From the NCBI GenBank assembly GCA_965200315.1, contig OZ241362.1, positions 192,001 to 256,000 of the forward strand: DNA of 64,000 nucleotides, in the 5' to 3' direction. The notes beneath the pieces were generated by a model, which worked only from the letters and a program-made list of their open reading frames with translations, was not told where the DNA came from and made no database searches. The position numbers and the translations under genes were made by a program. Of this stretch, positions 58,993-64,000 are shown in pieces (the stretch's first letter is position 1; each line of letters begins with the position of its first letter). This DNA comes from Candidatus Latescibacterota bacterium (GTDB taxonomy: Bacteria > Latescibacterota > UBA2968 > UBA8231).

Positions 58993-59111
58993 GGGGCACC
59001 CTAGCATCTTCTGCTAGATCGCACATTGTGCGCAATTGATAAAGAGAGGTGGAGGCGACTTCATCTCTCTTTATCTATCGCCTCTGCACCGCTTTCAGGA
59101 AGGCATTCTCA

Positions 59112-59858
59112 ATGAGGATACGGAACATCGCAACGAGCGGGCTTTTGTCGGCTCTTTATCTGTTCGCGCTTGTCGGGTGCATCTCACAGGTGGGGCTGCG
59201 GCGCTTTGCAACGTCTCCCGAGCCCGTTCCTCAACAATACGAGGCCATGACCGTCCTCGACGACGGGACGATTGTCTACGCCAAGGATCGCTTGGAGATC
59301 TCGCTACAGGTGTTGGATGACGGATTCCTCAATCGCCAGTTCGCGGCGGATTCAAGAAAGGGTGCTGAATCAACCAATCCATACACCTATGGCAATTGGA
59401 AGCCTTGGGGCCAAGACTGGACTCCAGAGCGCTTTACCGTGGTCTTGCTAAAGGTCAAAAACTACGAGTATCCCAAGGTTTTCATCGACCCCAAGGCGCT
59501 CGTGATCACCACGTCGAACAGCCGAGTGTACAATGCACTCGACAGCGGACAGCTCGAAGATCTCTTCAGCCCGTATCTGCGGGCTTATACCGGCAACCAG
59601 CGGCGGCAGTTTGAGGCTACCACCGACCTGCTCAAACGCACCGTCTATCGGCCCGACATGATCTTTTCTGGCCAAGAGGAAGAAGGATATATCGTTTTCC
59701 CGGTTTTGCACAAAGACGTGAGCAACTTCACCATCAGTGTGTCGGACGTGGCCGTGCGGTTCGACTACAAGGGCGAACCGGTGGAGACGATTGACCTAGC
59801 ATTCAAATTTCAACGCGAAATTTACCACGCACTTCATCCGCACGCGGAGACGCCGTAA
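59112..59858 (+). CDS. Lipoprotein, function unknown
   Basis: Lipobox LVGC; 'NPYTYG.W'. Confidence 0.7.
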   Translation: MRIRNIATSGLLSALYLFALVGCISQVGLRRFATSPEPVPQQYEAMTVLDDGTIVYAKDRLEISLQVLDDGFLNRQFAADSRKGAESTNPYTYGNWKPWGQDWTPERFTVVLLKVKNYEYPKVFIDPKALVITTSNSRVYNALDSGQLEDLFSPYLRAYTGNQRRQFEATTDLLKRTVYRPDMIFSGQEEEGYIVFPVLHKDVSNFTISVSDVAVRFDYKGEPVETIDLAFKFQREIYHALHPHAETP

Positions 59859-61819
59859 TGAATCGGGGGACGGCCCGCATTGCGGCGCTGTTGTTCGCCT
59901 TGTGCACCTGTGTGCAGTGGCTCAGCGCCGACGAATGGGTCCTCGGAGGGGATGGATTCCCTTGGCGTGATCTTGTCCAGGTCCGCGCCCAGATCGACGA
60001 CCAGAGCAGCCCCGGCGCGATTCAACTCCGAGGCTTTACGCCCGACGAGAACATCATCGCCACGCTCTCTTGGAAATACGGCAAGCCCAACGACTTAGTC
60101 AGCGAGGGCAATGCGGCGCTGTGGGATAATACGGCGGCTAGGAATTCCATTTCGCTGTCGATTGTCGATGGCGATGACACCACAAGCACGGCAGACCTTT
60201 TTAAAACCGCTGGCGTTGATCAAGACGGGCGCACGTTCTTTTTGGACATAGGCTCGCGCGTGCCAGCCGACAGCTTGGTTTTCTTTCCCCGGCAAGAGGG
60301 GACATACGCCAACGGCAAGCCCTTTAGCGAGGACTTTGTTCGCAAGCACCGGATTTCCGTCAGCGATGGGCTGACGTACGTGAACGAACAGCCGCTTTTC
60401 ACCTTGCTGCGCGACGTCCCGGTGAACCCCAACAGCGTGTTCACCATGAAATTTCCCCAGCAGTTCATTCGTTTTATTCAGTTGCGCGTGGGGTCGCGGA
60501 GCCCCTTTGAGATTGCCGAATTTGAACTCTACGGCAACGGCTTCGTGCCGCGGGCTACGTACCGGAGTCAAGTTATTGACTTGGGCGAGGTCTCCAACTA
60601 TGGCACCATATCTTGGGCCCAGCGGGCGCTGGAGTTGGTGGACGGCGAGTTGATCGAGTTGCCGGATCTGGGGCAGACCTCGGTCGCGGTGCGCATGAAG
60701 ACGGGCCAAGACGACAGCCCGCTGGTTCACTTCCAAAAGGTTGTTGATGACGAAACGCGGGCCGTGAGCCAAGTAGTGGTCTCGGAAGCGGATTACAACA
60801 AGCTGCCTTCGGGCGAGAAGGGCGATATCGAGAACGACGCTGATAACTGGAGTCCTTGGTCGTTGCCGCTCGAATCCGGGCAATTGATTCCGCTGCCTAG
60901 TCCGCGTCCCTATTTTCAGCTACAGATCATCATGGAGAGCCAAGCCGTGACGCAGACGGTGCGCATCGATTCGTTGCGGATTGAGCATTCGCTACCCTCG
61001 GCTGCTGCAGTCGTCGGCGAGATCTCCTTGGCCGACGAGCCCAACCCACCGACCGACATCGGCGTAATCGACAAAGACGATGCCGTTGTGCTGCCGAGCA
61101 TCGACGGGGGTGAAGAGGTGCTCTTCGCCTATGATGTGCGAGCCACAATAAACAGCAACCAGAACGGCTTTGATGCTTTGCGCATCGATACGCCGACGCC
61201 AGCGCGCTTTGTCGGCTTGCAGATGGGCGATCCGCTCGAGCCTGTGGAGCCAGATCGCGTGAACGCGGACGACAGAAGCATTGAAGTGATCTTCACTAGC
61301 AACAAGATCTCCTTTGACAACAATGTGCCGCTACGTGTGCTCTTTGAGGGATCAACCGTGGTATTCGGCACGATTTTCACCGGCGCGGTCTGGGATACTC
61401 AGTCCGATATTCTCGGCCAGCCCGTGCTCGAAGGCGATGCCAATTTCGACGTCAGCACCAACTCGCTGCGCGTGGCCCTGACCCAGAAGTCCGTGGGCGA
61501 AATCGTCCGTGCTATAGAGTTTAACCCTTCGGTCTTCACGCCGAATGGAGATGGCATCAACGACCACATCGCCATCAAGTACACCGTAATTCAGATCTCC
61601 GAGCCTAAGCCCATTGAGGTGGCCATTTACGACTTGGCGGGTCGGCTGGTGCGCGTGCTGGCCGACCGCGAGCAGCCTGGCGGGATTTACACCGAGCTGT
61701 GGGATGGGCGAAGCGGTGCAGACGAGGCCGTGCCCCCGGGCAGTTACGTGGTCTCGCTCTCGGTTAATAGCGGAATTGGCAACTTCAGGCGAGTCGGCGT
61801 CGTCGGCGTGGCCTATTGA
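59858..61819 (+). CDS. Secreted protein with discoidin-like region and C-terminal FlgD-Ig domain
   Basis: Signal peptide; 'EIAEFELYGNGF'; 'FTPNGDGIND...IYDLAGRLVR...WDG...VPPGSY'. Confidence 0.8.
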   Translation: MNRGTARIAALLFALCTCVQWLSADEWVLGGDGFPWRDLVQVRAQIDDQSSPGAIQLRGFTPDENIIATLSWKYGKPNDLVSEGNAALWDNTAARNSISLSIVDGDDTTSTADLFKTAGVDQDGRTFFLDIGSRVPADSLVFFPRQEGTYANGKPFSEDFVRKHRISVSDGLTYVNEQPLFTLLRDVPVNPNSVFTMKFPQQFIRFIQLRVGSRSPFEIAEFELYGNGFVPRATYRSQVIDLGEVSNYGTISWAQRALELVDGELIELPDLGQTSVAVRMKTGQDDSPLVHFQKVVDDETRAVSQVVVSEADYNKLPSGEKGDIENDADNWSPWSLPLESGQLIPLPSPRPYFQLQIIMESQAVTQTVRIDSLRIEHSLPSAAAVVGEISLADEPNPPTDIGVIDKDDAVVLPSIDGGEEVLFAYDVRATINSNQNGFDALRIDTPTPARFVGLQMGDPLEPVEPDRVNADDRSIEVIFTSNKISFDNNVPLRVLFEGSTVVFGTIFTGAVWDTQSDILGQPVLEGDANFDVSTNSLRVALTQKSVGEIVRAIEFNPSVFTPNGDGINDHIAIKYTVIQISEPKPIEVAIYDLAGRLVRVLADREQPGGIYTELWDGRSGADEAVPPGSYVVSLSVNSGIGNFRRVGVVGVAY

Positions 61820-61878
61820 TGGTTGATTATGGTGTTGGCGGTACTGACCGGTAAAAATTCAAAAGGGAGGATTCCAGC

Positions 61879-64000
61879 GTGAAGTGCATGCTCTACGCAG
61901 CAGTTGTCACAGCCGGTGTCGCGCTCCTGTGCGATGCAGCTTTTGCCCAACGGGTCGGCTTTCTGACCGGACGCGAACCGCGCGGCGTGGATGTCTATGA
62001 GATGGCGATGACACCGGCGCAGCGAAAGTGGCAATATCCGCAAAGCCTATACCACTTCTACCGTTGGACTGGCGAGGAGTACAGCAATTACGCCCGCCAA
62101 AACTACGAGCGCTACGTATCTACCGAGCTTGAAGGCTTTCGCACCTACGACCTCTACGGGAACTATATCACTCGTGGTTTCGAGGTGTACAACTGGTCCA
62201 TGGACAGTCCAGTAACTTCGGGCAGCACGGTGCGCAAGGGACCCAAATACAGTGGGTGGTTTCAAAGCTTAATCGTCTCGTCGATGTCCAAGGGACAGTT
62301 TTATTCCTCGATGACCATTGGCGACGCCTTGCGCACCACCCTGACGCCGCTGACCTTTTCCAAGCCAACCTTTAATGGCGTCCAGTGGGACTTTGCCGCC
62401 GATAAGTACCAGATGACTCTCTTGGCATCGCGCTTGGCCTCCCCGGGCACACGCGTAGATAATGAAAGTTCGCTTGGACAGATCCTAGGCGACATGACAA
62501 ACCTCTTCGGTGCGCACTCCAAAGTGCAGCTCGGGGATTTTTCTAAGTTGGGCTTTACCTATCTGAACATTGCCAACTTCTCTACAGGTCGCAAGCTGGG
62601 TGATAACTCGCTCAAAGGCGTGTTGACCGAGGCCCAAAACGGCGGCAACGTCGAGACGATCGTCCTGCGGCTCTCGGACGATTCGCCCGAAGACGGCGTA
62701 GGCGGTGCTCAGCTTTTTTCCGAACGCATTATCATCAACGGAGTTGATCATCCCGAAATCGTGCCCTCGCCGCGCGGTGGTGTGCGGCGCGCCGGCGTCA
62801 TTGAGGCCAATGGTGCTGAGACGTTGGAACTGACCTTTAATATTGCCCGCGACTTCCGCCAACAGCCCGATGACGAGATCACCACGTTTCAGGAGATCAG
62901 CGAAATCGAGTTCGAGCTGGTCATCGCCAACGACTACCGGATCGAAATCACCTCCAATCTGCAAGTCAATGCCCAGGGTGAGCCGGTGTTCTTGGAAGTC
63001 GAGCGCGCCCACGGCAACGTCAGCGATGGTTCGAACCAGCGCTTCATCCGCTTTAAATACGGCCTGCCCACCGGCAAGGACATCATCGGACTCAACTTTG
63101 ATATAGACGATATCAAGGGCTTCAATATGCGCTCGGAGCTTGCTTTCAGCCGGGCGTTTCGCCGCTTCCCCAACCAGAACTTCCAAGAGCACGCTGTCGC
63201 CCAAGACGACGGTTTAGCCTACTACCTTACGGCCTCGCAGGACGCATATCCGTTCTTTGCGTACGGAGAATTCTATCGTCTGGAGCCTGAGTACCAGACC
63301 AATGCGTTCATCTCGGATGCACGGGGTTTTATCGACTACGAACATCCAGAGCGCTATTCCTTTGAGGCCGTTGATGACAACGACGACCAAGACCGCTTTG
63401 CCGACTGGAAACGCCTGTGGCACAACGGCGACTTCGCCTTTGGCCAAACGCCTTTTGGCACAGGCGGCGCAGCCGACCCGCAGGTCTTTCCTGGGTACGA
63501 CGAGAACGCGGACTTCATCTCGGATTTTAACCAAAACGACAACAGCCATCCGGATTTCGCCGAGCCGTTTCTGCGCTACAACGTCGATCCACCTGAGTTT
63601 CTCTTTGGCGTTGACATGAACAACAACAACGTCATCGACCGCTTTGAGAACGATAACTTTGCCGACTATCCCTACCGACACGATCGCGATGGCTACAACG
63701 TGTACGGAGGCGTTCACTTGACCGAAGCCATCAAGGTGACTCTGGGCTACTCCACGGCCGACGAAATCAGTTCCAAGCGCAACGCGCAGATGAGCTATGC
63801 GGTAGTCACGGGCGAGTGGAAATGGCCGGGCATTGAGGCTCGGGCTTTCCAGTACGCTCGCTCGGTCCAAGACGACATCGAAGACGATGTGATCCAATGG
63901 GTCGATCCAGATGGATTTCGCGAAACCATTGACCCACTGATCGCCCAAGACACCTTTGTCTGGACCGGCTATCTGACGTTCGATTACCTGCGCCTTAAAA
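61879..64000 (+). CDS. Large secreted/outer-membrane protein, 3'-truncated by window (>700 aa)
   Basis: GGGAGG RBS, GTG start, signal peptide; frame appears open to the end, so it is missing from the ORF track; Asp-rich motifs VDDNDDQD, DENADFISD, DMNNNNVID. Confidence 0.8.
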   Translation, partial: MKCMLYAAVVTAGVALLCDAAFAQRVGFLTGREPRGVDVYEMAMTPAQRKWQYPQSLYHFYRWTGEEYSNYARQNYERYVSTELEGFRTYDLYGNYITRGFEVYNWSMDSPVTSGSTVRKGPKYSGWFQSLIVSSMSKGQFYSSMTIGDALRTTLTPLTFSKPTFNGVQWDFAADKYQMTLLASRLASPGTRVDNESSLGQILGDMTNLFGAHSKVQLGDFSKLGFTYLNIANFSTGRKLGDNSLKGVLTEAQNGGNVETIVLRLSDDSPEDGVGGAQLFSERIIINGVDHPEIVPSPRGGVRRAGVIEANGAETLELTFNIARDFRQQPDDEITTFQEISEIEFELVIANDYRIEITSNLQVNAQGEPVFLEVERAHGNVSDGSNQRFIRFKYGLPTGKDIIGLNFDIDDIKGFNMRSELAFSRAFRRFPNQNFQEHAVAQDDGLAYYLTASQDAYPFFAYGEFYRLEPEYQTNAFISDARGFIDYEHPERYSFEAVDDNDDQDRFADWKRLWHNGDFAFGQTPFGTGGAADPQVFPGYDENADFISDFNQNDNSHPDFAEPFLRYNVDPPEFLFGVDMNNNNVIDRFENDNFADYPYRHDRDGYNVYGGVHLTEAIKVTLGYSTADEISSKRNAQMSYAVVTGEWKWPGIEARAFQYARSVQDDIEDDVIQWVDPDGFRETIDPLIAQDTFVWTGYLTFDYLRLK

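Overview
This is a GC-rich bacterial chromosomal segment. The C-terminal 'TAVExxSWGxIK' protein and the FlgD-Ig and large outer-membrane proteins at the right end suggest Candidatus Latescibacterota or a related FCB lineage (inference). From left to right it contains: (1) the end of a surface-glycan operon (DegT, PIG-L, WbqC, GT4); (2) a beta-barrel plus Tat molybdo-oxidoreductase pair; (3) a fused indolepyruvate:ferredoxin oxidoreductase; (4) decayed toxin-antitoxin and defence fragments and Gfo/Idh/MocA genes; (5) a ~13 kb metal island with nested inverted duplications (ZIP, CDF, two ~99% identical permeases, two RGPP-ending leader peptide + His-rich lipoprotein units, TonB receptor, COG0523 GTPase, WD40); (6) groESL with a sigma54 promoter and a His-tailed GroEL; (7) SDRs and HddA/HddC-like nucleotide-sugar genes divergent from an SGNH-YfhO-DUF2723 glycosylation cluster; (8) a type II R-M pair; (9) a split AdnAB/AddAB-like module (dead helicase, active helicase, NYN, Fe-S nuclease) interrupted by an AT-rich frameshifted triheme cytochrome cassette; (10) a sugar ABC transporter divergent from a secreted/outer-membrane gene cluster that runs off the window end. 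No rRNA, tRNA or CRISPR array was seen. Family assignments come from motif recognition only; no searches were run.
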